This document shows, in pieces, positions 1 to 10,132 of a stretch of 64,000 bases of DNA. The DNA is from Promethearchaeota archaeon (GTDB lineage Archaea > Asgardarchaeota > Thorarchaeia > Thorarchaeales > Thorarchaeaceae): assembly GCA_048939765.1 (NCBI GenBank), contig JBHLPF010000007.1, forward strand, positions 1-64,000, given 5' to 3'. Within the stretch, counting starts at the first letter, position 1; every line of letters starts with the position of its first letter. Made by a program: the position numbers and the translations under genes. A model generated the notes under the pieces. It was not told the origin of the DNA. It made no database searches and saw nothing but the letters and a program-made list of their open reading frames with translations.

Positions 1-210
1 GCCCCAGTCTACAACTGGATATCTCCCATGAAACGATACCTTCAGGAGGTCATGATTGAACCTCTTGTGGAACGCAATCTCTTCTCCTGATAGCCCCTCA
101 GGTGTCCGGTCAATCTCCGGATGATGTTTCCAGATTGAGATCGGTATGCTCTCTCCAAGGTTTCCAAGAAATGTCTGTTTAAGAAGATCGAACTTAGACA
201 TAGCTAGCAT
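1..210 (-). CDS. Uroporphyrinogen decarboxylase (URO-D)/cobalamin-independent methyltransferase-like family protein, N-terminal part (runs off the window)
   Basis: Not in ORF track. Manual translation MLAMSKFDLLKQTFLGNLGESIPISIWKHHPEIDRTPEGLSGEEIAFHKRFNHDLLKVSFHGRYPVVDWG is open to the edge, with a W.H.P..D / F..D.LK / Y.V.DWG pattern typical of URO-D-like proteins. Confidence 0.65.
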   Translation of the reverse strand, partial: MLAMSKFDLLKQTFLGNLGESIPISIWKHHPEIDRTPEGLSGEEIAFHKRFNHDLLKVSFHGRYPVVDWG

Positions 211-324
211 TTCACTAGTCTTGGGATAATGAGCGTTTCGAAGTGTCTCTAGCTTCGTTACGGCGTTTCGGAAGGGTCATTAGTTGGTCATAGTTTCACG
301 CTGTCAGTCAACGGTTGTGTTTAC

Positions 325-3216
325 ATGGGTCTGGCTGATGCAATCCGCGATTACTTTGAGAAACATCCCAAGGCCAAGAAGGCACTAGGCGTAGCCTCAG
401 CCATCGCGACTAACTTTGCACTGATAGGTTCGGGCTCAGCGGTCCTTGCAGTGGCTGCGGGTACAATCATGAAGCATCAGGAAGAAAAAGGCAAGGTAAA
501 GTCCGAAGAGCTAATGGGCTTCTTCAAGGATGCCGTGCAAGACTCAGCCGTGAGAGAAGCAATCAAGGAAGCTGTGAGAGAGGGAGGACTAGGCATTGCT
601 GCACCTGTCAACACTGCCATGAATCAGCTGAGTTCTGTCCGTCCAGATGCAGGACAATATGTAGACAACATGAAGTCAGAGCTGACTGTAATCGCACGTC
701 AGATTGGTATCATTCGTGAGCTAGTTTCATACTTCGAGATACCTGACTCAAGAAACAGGGTCAAGAACGTCTGGAGACTTCCACTCTACCTCGATGATGT
801 GTTGGTTATCGATGATTCGCTCAGAACAGCTCTAGATACCGCCATCAAGCATGTTAGGAATGGCAAAAATCTAGTGATTCTTGGAGCTCCAGGCTCTGGA
901 AAGACTACTGCAATGTATGCCATCTGGAAGGATTTGGAAGAGGAATCAGACACAGCTCTTGTCTGGGACACAAAAGATGTGGCTCGTATTCATGAGAAGG
1001 ATGGTGTCATTCTGTTCGTGGATGACATTCCAGAAACACGTGAGCTGATGAAGGCAATCATCGAAAGGGATGTGCAAGGAGTGGTCACCACTGCACGTGA
1101 ACAGGACTGGGCACGACTCCCGGTTGAGCTGCGGAAAAAGTTCACATCTGTGAGTCTTCCTATGATTCCAGATGATGCCATGCAACAGATTGCAGTAAAA
1201 CATCTGGAAAGTCAAGGTGTAGAGTATAACGAGAATGCATTGAAACAGCTGGTCGATTATGCACAGGGAAGCCCAATCTATGTGAGATACATGGCTGAGG
1301 AGATTGGATTTGAGAGCAAGACCGGGGGTATAAAGAAGCTCACAGAAACAAGGGTGAAGAAAGCACCAAAAGGAATGACCAATTACGTGGCTGGCCTCTT
1401 GGCCAGGGTGCTCTTTGAGTTGGAAGGAAATATCTACACACCGAGGAAGGGATCTCTTCCTGTAATCAAGACCCTTCTTTGCCTCGCGGACATGCCGAAT
1501 TATGAAACTCACGAAGTTCATCTCAATCAGGTGTTCTTCAAGGTCAAGGCGCCTGTGGACTCTCCAGGTCCATTCAATGCAATCAAGCAGTATCTCTCTA
1601 GAGACCCCAGATTCTTCTCCCTCAAGTTCATGCATGACACCCTCGCTGATGTGCTAAGGGGTAGGGTCGACCACCCAATCGTCGGAGACATCAGGATGCT
1701 TGCTCAGGAGATGGGCGCAAGAGGTAGACGTGATGTGGAAAGACAAGCCCTCTTTGATGGGTGGGAGCATATGAAAGCAGAATATGAGATCGACTCTGCG
1801 GCGGGTCTTGAACCTCTTCTTTCATACGGATATTTCGCAGCCAAGAACTTTGGAATTGATTACGTGGACCAGATAGCGATTGACCTTGCGAATGAACATA
1901 TCGAGAGTCCTCTTAGTCAGGGCCTTTTCGCCATCACAGGGCCTATTGAGAAGATTAAGGCGCCAGAAGAGGCTATTCCTACTAAGGAGGCGAACGCAAA
2001 GAAACCTACACCTCCGAGTAAAGACGAATTTGTACATCCCACAGATGTTCCAACAACGGAAACGATTCAGAAACAACTAGAAGACCAGGGCGTAATGTTC
2101 CCAGATTCTACATTGGAAGAGGTAAAGAAGGATCTTGCAGAGCTCGGGAATCTTAAGGAGCTTGGTGACGACTTTGGGTTTTCTATAGCTGAGCTGGTTG
2201 AAACGAAGCTTGCAGAAGCTGGTCTTGATGGAGTATCCAAGAACAGATTCGAGGCCTTGCAGGAATTGATGGAACAGGATTCAGTGAGTCCAGCAAAGCT
2301 CTCTCGGGCACTTCGCGGAGCGTCGACTAGGGCGAGAGTGCTCAGGGATGGAGGAAAAATGGGAAATCCCCAGGAAACAGGCGAGTTACTTACCAATGCT
2401 GCCGAACGTCTTGTACTTCTGGACTCAATGGTCTATGTAGAAATCCTCAATCACATAGCAGAGGGATTGTCTGCAACACTGGGGGAAAGCAACACCGCTA
2501 AGACTCTAGCGAGGGTGACTGGGGAGATTGCAGTATCACTGCTTGATGACAAGAGCAGGAAGACCATTAGCAGTGTCTTTGATTCTGGAGCGAAGAGGTC
2601 TGAGAAGATGGGCGATTATGATGCGATGAAGGAACACCTCTTCGCAAAATGGTTTCTCACTGGAATTGATCCCAAGGACTTGGATTTTGCATCCAATAAG
2701 CTAGGGAGACTGATGAAACTAGGGCGACCATTTGACGCCTTAGAATACTTAGCCAAGATCAATGCATACTTCGATGATGACCAGATAGAATACCGCATCG
2801 GCATGCTTCAGCAGGCGTTTAGAAACATCTCAAATGCAACAGTTACAGACAGAAAGGAGTTTGACCGAACCGTTACAACCTGCCATGAGAGCCTGGCATC
2901 AACTGTCCATGTGCTTGAAAGCAAAGAATTGGTGTCTAATAATGACACATTGGCGGCCCTCTGTAACACTTTGCTTGCATCTACGCTGAAATTCATGGAC
3001 AACTTTGTCAAGAAGTCTGGGAAGAGTATAGCAGCTGAAGCTGTGTATCCATTGCTACACGAAAGCATCAAACCACTAACCCTGTTGATTATTGATGTTC
3101 TAACAAAGGTGGGAAATGAGAAGGCGAAGAGAACAGCCGCGACTGAGTTAAGGAAGATCAAAGGCGAGAGTGCTCACAAAAATGACTTGCTCAGGACCAT
3201 TGGTGCCCAATGGTGA
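325..3216 (+). CDS. STAND-class (NB-ARC/NLR-like) P-loop NTPase with long alpha-helical C-terminus
   Basis: Walker A GAPGSGKTT, Walker B VILFVDD, sensor-1 VVTTAR, GxP (QGSPIYV), MHD motif (KFMHDTL), in STAND order. Confidence 0.75.
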   Translation: MGLADAIRDYFEKHPKAKKALGVASAIATNFALIGSGSAVLAVAAGTIMKHQEEKGKVKSEELMGFFKDAVQDSAVREAIKEAVREGGLGIAAPVNTAMNQLSSVRPDAGQYVDNMKSELTVIARQIGIIRELVSYFEIPDSRNRVKNVWRLPLYLDDVLVIDDSLRTALDTAIKHVRNGKNLVILGAPGSGKTTAMYAIWKDLEEESDTALVWDTKDVARIHEKDGVILFVDDIPETRELMKAIIERDVQGVVTTAREQDWARLPVELRKKFTSVSLPMIPDDAMQQIAVKHLESQGVEYNENALKQLVDYAQGSPIYVRYMAEEIGFESKTGGIKKLTETRVKKAPKGMTNYVAGLLARVLFELEGNIYTPRKGSLPVIKTLLCLADMPNYETHEVHLNQVFFKVKAPVDSPGPFNAIKQYLSRDPRFFSLKFMHDTLADVLRGRVDHPIVGDIRMLAQEMGARGRRDVERQALFDGWEHMKAEYEIDSAAGLEPLLSYGYFAAKNFGIDYVDQIAIDLANEHIESPLSQGLFAITGPIEKIKAPEEAIPTKEANAKKPTPPSKDEFVHPTDVPTTETIQKQLEDQGVMFPDSTLEEVKKDLAELGNLKELGDDFGFSIAELVETKLAEAGLDGVSKNRFEALQELMEQDSVSPAKLSRALRGASTRARVLRDGGKMGNPQETGELLTNAAERLVLLDSMVYVEILNHIAEGLSATLGESNTAKTLARVTGEIAVSLLDDKSRKTISSVFDSGAKRSEKMGDYDAMKEHLFAKWFLTGIDPKDLDFASNKLGRLMKLGRPFDALEYLAKINAYFDDDQIEYRIGMLQQAFRNISNATVTDRKEFDRTVTTCHESLASTVHVLESKELVSNNDTLAALCNTLLASTLKFMDNFVKKSGKSIAAEAVYPLLHESIKPLTLLIIDVLTKVGNEKAKRTAATELRKIKGESAHKNDLLRTIGAQW

Positions 3217-3282
3217 TACACCAGAAATAATATCAACTCAATCACCAGTCATGACACCCCACTCAATGACGGAGGAGACGGT

Positions 3283-4470
3283 TTGTCCCATTTAACAGCT
3301 GTATTCAGTCCCGAAGAACTACTCAAGATGGATGGGATTGACGAGCTGGATACAATGAGAATGGAACCGAATCCATTCTGGAACAGACCAAGGCTGGACA
3401 TAACCTGGAGCTTGCCAGTCATGTCTGGACTGATTAAGAGCCAGAGGATATCCCTGGAGCAGATGCGCCTGGCCACTCGTGAGGAGCTTGGGCTCTATCA
3501 TGATCCTTCCTACATTGAGACCCTCGAGTTGTTCGGAAACATGGGTTCTGCGTTCTCCTCTCGTTTTGGACTCGATACTGATGAGTGTCCGGTGTTCCAC
3601 CAGGTTGACAAATATGCGAGCTATCCTGTGGGCGCCACCATTGATGCAGTGATGGGCGTTGCTGATGGCAAGTTTGAAGATGCGATGTCAATCATTGGCG
3701 GGTTTCATCACGCCTATAGCTCGAATGCCGGAGGATTCTGCTATCTCAACGACACAGTGGTCGCCATAAAGAAGTTTAAGCAGAAGTATCCGACCAAGAA
3801 AGTATTGTATTTGGACACTGATGTCCATCATGGTGATGCAACCCAAGAGGCCTTCTATAGCGACCCTTCCGTACTGACAATCTCAACCCACGAATTGAGC
3901 ATGGGTTTCTATCCCGGGACAGGGAGGCCAGAAGAGGTCGGAATCGGTGAAGGGAAAGGCTACTCTGTGAATATTCCATTGCCCCCTCTCACAGACGATT
4001 TCGAGTATTGGAAAGCCTTTGAAGAACTCGTTGTGCCCATTTGGTTAGCCTACAAACCTGATCTGGTATTTTGGAATGCCGGTGCAGACGCACATATGGA
4101 TGACCCTCTCGCAGACCTGCTTCTGAATCTTGACACGTATCATCGTCTATCAAAGACCGTACGCCAATTGGCGCATCTTGGAAACAAGAAACTGGTTATT
4201 GTGGGGGGAGGAGGATATCATCCAGTGACGGCCGCACGCGTATGGGCGGTCCTTCTTGCAGACGTTGCAGACATAGCATTGCCGCCGCTTATCCCGGCAG
4301 CGTGGATAGAGCTTTGCCAAAAGCATGGCTTTGAGGTAAAACGAGGCGGTTGGACTGACCGCCCTCAGAGAATGTATGCAGAACATGAATCGAAGGTGAG
4401 GAGAGCTGTCGACGAGACCATTGACAAAGTGAAGGAGCTCATATTCCCAACTTTCGGATTGGAGAAATGA
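3283..4470 (+). CDS. acuC: Zn-dependent deacetylase, AcuC/HDAC class I-like
   Basis: GGFHHA, GFCYLND, DTDVHHGD, GADAH..DPL, GGGGY motifs. Confidence 0.85.
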   Translation: MSHLTAVFSPEELLKMDGIDELDTMRMEPNPFWNRPRLDITWSLPVMSGLIKSQRISLEQMRLATREELGLYHDPSYIETLELFGNMGSAFSSRFGLDTDECPVFHQVDKYASYPVGATIDAVMGVADGKFEDAMSIIGGFHHAYSSNAGGFCYLNDTVVAIKKFKQKYPTKKVLYLDTDVHHGDATQEAFYSDPSVLTISTHELSMGFYPGTGRPEEVGIGEGKGYSVNIPLPPLTDDFEYWKAFEELVVPIWLAYKPDLVFWNAGADAHMDDPLADLLLNLDTYHRLSKTVRQLAHLGNKKLVIVGGGGYHPVTAARVWAVLLADVADIALPPLIPAAWIELCQKHGFEVKRGGWTDRPQRMYAEHESKVRRAVDETIDKVKELIFPTFGLEK

Positions 4471-4475
4471 GTCAG

Positions 4476-5105
4476 TTATTTCTTGATACCAAGAACACAT
4501 CTATGACGCGTTTCATCAATGACAATGCTTTGGATGTCGAAGCCATCAAAGACCTTGTAGATCTCTTCTTCTGTGAAGTAGTGGTGGGGAATTCCAGCCT
4601 CTGGCCCATGATGAGGGATGTACGTTCCTGGTTCAACCTGTTCTAGTTTCCAGCCTTTGTCCCCCTCGCTCGGAACCTCTGATAGTATCGGAAATGTAAC
4701 AAAGAGAACACCACCAGACCGCAAGACACGCTCAATCTCGCCAACGGTGAGAAGAATTTCCCGCATTCGATTGTGATGGACAACCTGTGTTGATATCACT
4801 GCATCAAAGAACGAGTCCTGATATGGGAATCTCTTCTCCATTCGGTGTGTAATGATTGTAGCCTGAAGATTCTCTTCTTTGAGCCATTCATGGGCTAGGG
4901 AGAGAGCACTCTGAGAGACATCAAACCCGAAGGTCTCAAAACCTCTCTTTGAGAAATAGACTAAATGACGGCCCGAGCCACAGCCGACATCTAGAACCCT
5001 TTTCACGTGACGCTCCCGGAATACCTGCACGACTTGCTCCATGGCTTGATGGGGCTCTGTGAACACCCTTCCCTGTTCTTCGAAGATATCCTCCCACTCA
5101 GGCAT
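4476..5105 (-). CDS. Class I SAM-dependent methyltransferase
   Basis: VLDVGCGSGRH, FDAVIS, LRSGG motifs; start taken at MPEWEDIF. Confidence 0.85.
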   Translation of the reverse strand: MPEWEDIFEEQGRVFTEPHQAMEQVVQVFRERHVKRVLDVGCGSGRHLVYFSKRGFETFGFDVSQSALSLAHEWLKEENLQATIITHRMEKRFPYQDSFFDAVISTQVVHHNRMREILLTVGEIERVLRSGGVLFVTFPILSEVPSEGDKGWKLEQVEPGTYIPHHGPEAGIPHHYFTEEEIYKVFDGFDIQSIVIDETRHRCVLGIKK

Positions 5106-5181
5106 AGCCGACTGAAGGGAACCATAGGAGATAAATCTCGGGGAAACCAGATTCAACTAAACCTCCCGAGCGTACCTGATA

Positions 5182-6876
5182 ATGTCAAGACTCAGACCCA
5201 GATATCTCGTTTTGATTATGAGCATTCTAGTCATGTTTTCAGGTGTAGCACTGGCAGCCATTGTCCAAAGTGGATTTGGAACCGTCTATGTGACTGAAGT
5301 TGACTTCCAAGCCTCAGATGGTTCTTGGATCCATAGCACACTGCAACAACCAGTTTACGCTACAGATACAAATCAACTGCCTGGGGTGGTAGTGATACAC
5401 GGGGTGATTCAGTGCAAAGAATGGCTCATGGCATTTGGAATAGAGCTATCAAGACGAGGGTTTGTGGTTCTGACGATAGATGCGAATTCGCACGGCAACT
5501 CAGGACCAGGGACGGGAAGTGGAACTGCAGCATTGAACTATCTTGCAAGTCTTGACTACGTTGACAGTTCCGCGATAGGTCTAATTGGACATAGCATGGG
5601 GGGCGGAATTGCCTGGAGTGCTATTGAAGACTCATCTGTCAATGTTGATGCTCTGGTGTTGGTAGGAAGCGGGCTCAATTGGAGCGAAGTGCCCTATATC
5701 CCAAATACGCTACTAGCCATAGGAGAGTTTGATGCGCTCTCTCCGTATCCCCATAATCTAACAATGCTAGAAGGGTTCTTTGGAGTCACAGGAATTGAGG
5801 CAGGTGTCACGTACGGTAGTTTTGGCGACAATACCGCGCGCAGGATTGCCATTGCTCGAACGAACCATCTTTTCGAAACCATAGATCCCATAGTAGTGTC
5901 TGAGAGCGTTGAATGGATGAAAGAAGGACTCAAAGATGGAGTAGAGGACTCTTACTGGATTGCATCCGGGGACCAAACCTATTCCCTCTGGCTTGCTGGC
6001 GGATTCATTGGGCTGCTTGGACTAGTTCTCACTCAATTCCCTCTTCTGGCTATTCTGATTGATCTGTCACCTTTTCGCAATCTTAGAAAAACTCACTCAG
6101 CCGGACAGACAATTGGTAATCGGGCATTCTTAGGGCTGGGAGTCATATATGCAGCAATAGGACTTGGGGCATTCTACCCCTTGCTTGGCGTGGGCCTATT
6201 TCTTCCATTCCCGCAATCATATGGAACCTCTATCTCCCTATGGATTCTAGGCAGCGGCTTGCTTTCTTTTCTTATTCTGAAGCTGATAAAGCGGAAGCGC
6301 CCACAGATGACCTCTAAAATAGGACTGGCAAGCAATAATGCTCCTAGATACATAGCCATGAGCTTTCTCTTGGCAGGGATTTTGGCAGCTTGGTTGTACG
6401 CTTGGACCCTCCTTGTAGATCTGGGACTCTCCCTTGATTTCCGCTGTTTCCTTCCCGGATTCAATGATCTGACCGTAGCACGTGCAATTATGGTCCCAGT
6501 CTATATCATCCCCTTTCTTGTATACTTCTTTGCGGAAAGCAAGTGGTTGATAGGGGCAATGCGAACCGAGGCTAAAGAAACGTGGGTTGGAACGCAAATT
6601 CATTGGACGCTGAAAGCGATTCTCATCAAATGTAGTCCGTATTTCATTCTCCTAATACTACATTATGGATATGGAATGATTACGGGGTTTCCACTCCTGC
6701 CAGGTCTGTTGGGATTTGCATTCCTGTTTTTCTATGCCTTTGGCCCTTGGTTTGCTATTTCAACAATTATGATTCTCTGGGGTCATCATTTGACTGGTCA
6801 ATACTGGCTTGGGTCCATTGTGAATGCTCTACTCTTCAGTTGGGTTTTGGCATCAATGCTGCCAATTGCATTCTAA
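5182..6876 (+). CDS. Membrane-anchored alpha/beta hydrolase with multi-pass C-terminal domain
   Basis: N-terminal signal/TM, VVVIHG, GHSMGG nucleophile elbow, many C-terminal TM segments. Confidence 0.8.
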   Translation: MSRLRPRYLVLIMSILVMFSGVALAAIVQSGFGTVYVTEVDFQASDGSWIHSTLQQPVYATDTNQLPGVVVIHGVIQCKEWLMAFGIELSRRGFVVLTIDANSHGNSGPGTGSGTAALNYLASLDYVDSSAIGLIGHSMGGGIAWSAIEDSSVNVDALVLVGSGLNWSEVPYIPNTLLAIGEFDALSPYPHNLTMLEGFFGVTGIEAGVTYGSFGDNTARRIAIARTNHLFETIDPIVVSESVEWMKEGLKDGVEDSYWIASGDQTYSLWLAGGFIGLLGLVLTQFPLLAILIDLSPFRNLRKTHSAGQTIGNRAFLGLGVIYAAIGLGAFYPLLGVGLFLPFPQSYGTSISLWILGSGLLSFLILKLIKRKRPQMTSKIGLASNNAPRYIAMSFLLAGILAAWLYAWTLLVDLGLSLDFRCFLPGFNDLTVARAIMVPVYIIPFLVYFFAESKWLIGAMRTEAKETWVGTQIHWTLKAILIKCSPYFILLILHYGYGMITGFPLLPGLLGFAFLFFYAFGPWFAISTIMILWGHHLTGQYWLGSIVNALLFSWVLASMLPIAF

Positions 6877-7040
6877 CATGGAATCCGTATGAGTCATCCA
6901 AATGAAACAATGATCATTATCAGATACTATGTGGTTTCTTGAAGCACCATTTATACAAGCGTACCACCATCATTCTGCAGAGTGAACTTCTGGCTAGTAG
7001 CTCAGGTATTTGAGATTCTTCAGAAATAATACTGGTCAAT

Positions 7041-7661
7041 TCAGGCTTCATTGGACTCCTTTGGAGGCTTCTTAGGCCGACGAGTTAGCGATGACAGAAT
7101 AGTTTCCCTATCCTGCTTCCTGAGCTGTGTTCTCGCGAGCCATTGCTCGAACTCATTGGCGTTTTGAACCCCACCCTCTGTCACGGCTCTATAGATGAGG
7201 GTACTGAGACCATCCTGAAGGAGGTCACGAATATGATAATGACGCTTGATGTTGAGAATCACTTCACGCATTTCCTCATCGAGAGATTCCTCTAACTCAT
7301 CGATTATGGCAAACCCAGTAGTACTCACATCTGTCGTTAGCCAGATGTCAATACTCCAGGGTCCTGATTCACCCTGGTATTCTTCAATTCCCACTTTCAG
7401 CGAGGCTCTCTCGCGATAGTCCTTCACACTTACTTCATCAACACCATCTGCTTTGAGCAGGACAGCCATGAGGTGTTGTGCCATGTCCATTGTATCGCGG
7501 AGTAGAACTAGAACATGAATATCGATGTCCCTCTTGACGATGAGGTCTAGTGCAACACTGCCCACTATTCGAGCATAACCATAAGCATTGAGCAGACCCA
7601 TTATATCTAGGTCTTCAATGATTTGTTCGGCCTCAATGCGCAGTCTGCTCTTCTCAGTCAT
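7041..7661 (-). CDS. Pol-beta-superfamily nucleotidyltransferase-like protein
   Basis: GSVALDLIVKRDIDI (GS...DxD) plus later IDIW. Confidence 0.55.
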   Translation of the reverse strand: MTEKSRLRIEAEQIIEDLDIMGLLNAYGYARIVGSVALDLIVKRDIDIHVLVLLRDTMDMAQHLMAVLLKADGVDEVSVKDYRERASLKVGIEEYQGESGPWSIDIWLTTDVSTTGFAIIDELEESLDEEMREVILNIKRHYHIRDLLQDGLSTLIYRAVTEGGVQNANEFEQWLARTQLRKQDRETILSSLTRRPKKPPKESNEA

Positions 7662-7752
7662 GATTTCACCTGAGGTTCTTTTGACCTGTGTTAACAAGAG
7701 AGTTCAGAACATGTGGAGTATATGAGGTGATTTCATACAGACTGTTTGGGCA

Positions 7753-8592
7753 TCAAAGGCCCAGAAGACTCTCAGCAACATCCCAGAGTTTCTTTTGAAC
7801 GGACTCATCATAAGACTCCTCCGAAGAGAGCCGTTCCTGACTCTTGGCGAAGCACCGACCAGTGACACTTTCAAGCTCCGGTGATGTAGCAACATAGACA
7901 GAGGTCTCAGCACCCTTCTCTGCATTGATTTGAAAGGGACGTACCAACCTGAACATTATCTTATTGCGCAGACCGCCCATATTAGCACCAAGATTGGTGG
8001 CTACAAAACCTGGCAGGGCTACGTTCGCAGTCACTCCTGTGCCCTCCAGACGTCTTGCAAGCTCATAGGTGTACATTAGAATCATCAGCTTGGTGCTCTC
8101 GTATACACGCATTCCCTTGTAGTTGCGTTCGCTCTGAATATCGTCAAAGTCAATCTTTGCTCGAGCATGAAGACCGGACGAGAGATTGATTACTCGAGAA
8201 GGTGCACTGCATTTCAACAGCGGCAGCAGCTCTCTGGTAAGAAGAAAGGGGCCAAGATAGTTGACCGCCAATGACCGCTCAAAGCCATCCTCCGTGAGTT
8301 GGCGTTTATGACATGCAGCCCCTGCATTGTTAATCAGTACATCCAATCGATCATATTCGGTGGAGAAATCCTCCACAAACTGTCGAATGGATCTTGTGGA
8401 TGAGAGGTCGCATAGCATTAAGTCGACTGTGTCTTTTTCAGTCCGTCTGATAATCTCATCTCGTGCCTCCTCGCCTCGTTGTGGATCACGAACAGCCATC
8501 ACAACTGTGGCACCCATCCTTGTCAAAGCGAGAGCAGTTTCTTTTCCGATCCCTGAGTTGCTACCTGTTACAATGCAGACTTTGCCTATCAT
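7753..8592 (-). CDS. Short-chain dehydrogenase/reductase (retinol-dehydrogenase-like)
   Basis: TGSNSGIG, NNAG, YxxxK (YESTK). Confidence 0.9.
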   Translation of the reverse strand: MIGKVCIVTGSNSGIGKETALALTRMGATVVMAVRDPQRGEEARDEIIRRTEKDTVDLMLCDLSSTRSIRQFVEDFSTEYDRLDVLINNAGAACHKRQLTEDGFERSLAVNYLGPFLLTRELLPLLKCSAPSRVINLSSGLHARAKIDFDDIQSERNYKGMRVYESTKLMILMYTYELARRLEGTGVTANVALPGFVATNLGANMGGLRNKIMFRLVRPFQINAEKGAETSVYVATSPELESVTGRCFAKSQERLSSEESYDESVQKKLWDVAESLLGL

Positions 8593-8647
8593 GTATACCA
8601 GCCTCGGCAGGCATCATATGTGAAAGGCATGAAGTACTCAAATCTAT

Positions 8648-9100
8648 CTAATACGTGATACCATGCTCCACATAGAATTTCATTAGTGTCAATGCCTCCC
8701 CCCATCCTGCTGCACATTCAGCCAATGCGGCTCTGCTTGTTGGCGTGTCCTCATGACCGAACTCACGAAGGCGAACAACAGTTCCCTCCTCTACTGGTTC
8801 AAAGTCAATCTCGATGGTAGTTGCGAGCTTGGGATTTCCATGGTCAGGATTCCACTGGAACACGAATCGTTTGCCCCTCTCAGCCTCCAAGACTGGTCCA
8901 TCTGATTCAGTCGTGTACTTATCGGGTCCCCAATCTTTCCAGACGAATTTGATCCTCCCACCTGGACGAGCATCGACAAAGGACCCTGAAGTAAACCAAG
9001 CGTCTAGTCCTTCTCCAGTTGCTATAGCATCGTATACCTTCTCTGGACTCGCTCGAATGAGTGTGACTTGTTTAATCTCAACATCAAGTGGCTTAGTCAT
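8648..9100 (-). CDS. SRPBCC/AHSA1-like START-fold protein
   Basis: ASPEKVYDA..W, DARPGG, C-terminal GW...L helix. Confidence 0.85.
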   Translation of the reverse strand: MTKPLDVEIKQVTLIRASPEKVYDAIATGEGLDAWFTSGSFVDARPGGRIKFVWKDWGPDKYTTESDGPVLEAERGKRFVFQWNPDHGNPKLATTIEIDFEPVEEGTVVRLREFGHEDTPTSRAALAECAAGWGEALTLMKFYVEHGITY

Positions 9101-9185
9101 CGCAACAACTCCTTTAACTATTGTTAATAGTAATTAGTAATAACACTTCCTCTCTAGCTAAGCAGAATGAGGGGCTGCACGACGT

Positions 9186-9410
9186 CTAGATAGAAACACA
9201 AGTTTCTGTACGGCTGATTCCCTCAACGGTGTGGAGTGTCTGCATCAGCTTCCTGAGATCTTCAACTGAGGGAAGCTCAGCATAGGCAATCATGTCATAT
9301 GGCCCCGTGACAACATCGGCCCGCTCGATTCCTTCAATTTCAGTGATTGCTTGGCAGGCCTCCCAGATGGCGCCCGCTTCGGCCCGAATAAGAATAACTA
9401 CTGATACCAT
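9186..9410 (-). CDS. Stand-alone Lrp/AsnC ligand-binding domain protein
   Basis: VTGPYDMIA and GISRTET motifs; start MVSVVILI. Confidence 0.85.
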   Translation of the reverse strand: MVSVVILIRAEAGAIWEACQAITEIEGIERADVVTGPYDMIAYAELPSVEDLRKLMQTLHTVEGISRTETCVSI

Positions 9411-9621
9411 CCCCAGTTCACCTTGGCGAATGATAGATATGCGATATGCTATATGCTGATGATAAAAAGCCTTCCGAAAAGGTAGCGCCAAATGACAGGG
9501 AAGATGCATCATAATTCATTTCGTAGTACTTTTCAAACGCAAGTTGATGCAATTGCTACAACCAAAGGCCTCATGCTTGAGAAAAGATATTCATTTGATG
9601 GTGCGCCATGCATGAAGGAGG

Positions 9622-10083
9622 TTGAATGAATTGGTAACCGGCTATAGGATTGAGAAAACAAATCCATCGGAACTCAGTTCCATTCTAAGTCTTCTCAATG
9701 ATGTGGATCTTCCTTCTGAGGGAGTGAAAGATAACATCTCGAATTTTTTGACGCTAAGGGGCAATGATGATGACTCGAGTATCGAGCCATGGGGATGCGC
9801 AGGCTTGGAGATATATGGCAATTCGGCGCTGCTCAGGTCCGTGGCAATAGCCCCTGAATATCAGGGTAGAGGTCTAGGTACTGTCCTTACCGAGGCGGTA
9901 ATACAAGATGCTCGGGAGAGGAGAATCAAGACACTGTTTCTACTTACGGAAACCGCTGAGGACTTCTTCAGACTCTTTGGCTTCCGAGTAGTAGAGAGAG
10001 AGATTGTTCCTGAAGATGTGAAGACATCAATAGAATTCACCAAGTTATGTACGGAAACGCCCGCCATGATGTTGGAGATTTAA
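9622..10083 (+). CDS. GNAT N-acetyltransferase (ArsN2/ArgA-like)
   Basis: LLRSVAI.PEYQGRGLG, LFLLTETAEDFF, SIEF..LC. Confidence 0.85.
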   Translation: MNELVTGYRIEKTNPSELSSILSLLNDVDLPSEGVKDNISNFLTLRGNDDDSSIEPWGCAGLEIYGNSALLRSVAIAPEYQGRGLGTVLTEAVIQDARERRIKTLFLLTETAEDFFRLFGFRVVEREIVPEDVKTSIEFTKLCTETPAMMLEI

Positions 10084-10132
10084 ACAGCACGCTTATGATG
10101 GATGATGTTTCGCAATTGAATGAGGTCCAGAG

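Noticed and set aside
9436-9456. Three tandem (G/T)ATATGC heptamers upstream of the Lrp-domain gene
   Set aside because: Short, low-complexity, no spacers; not CRISPR-like and no function supportable.
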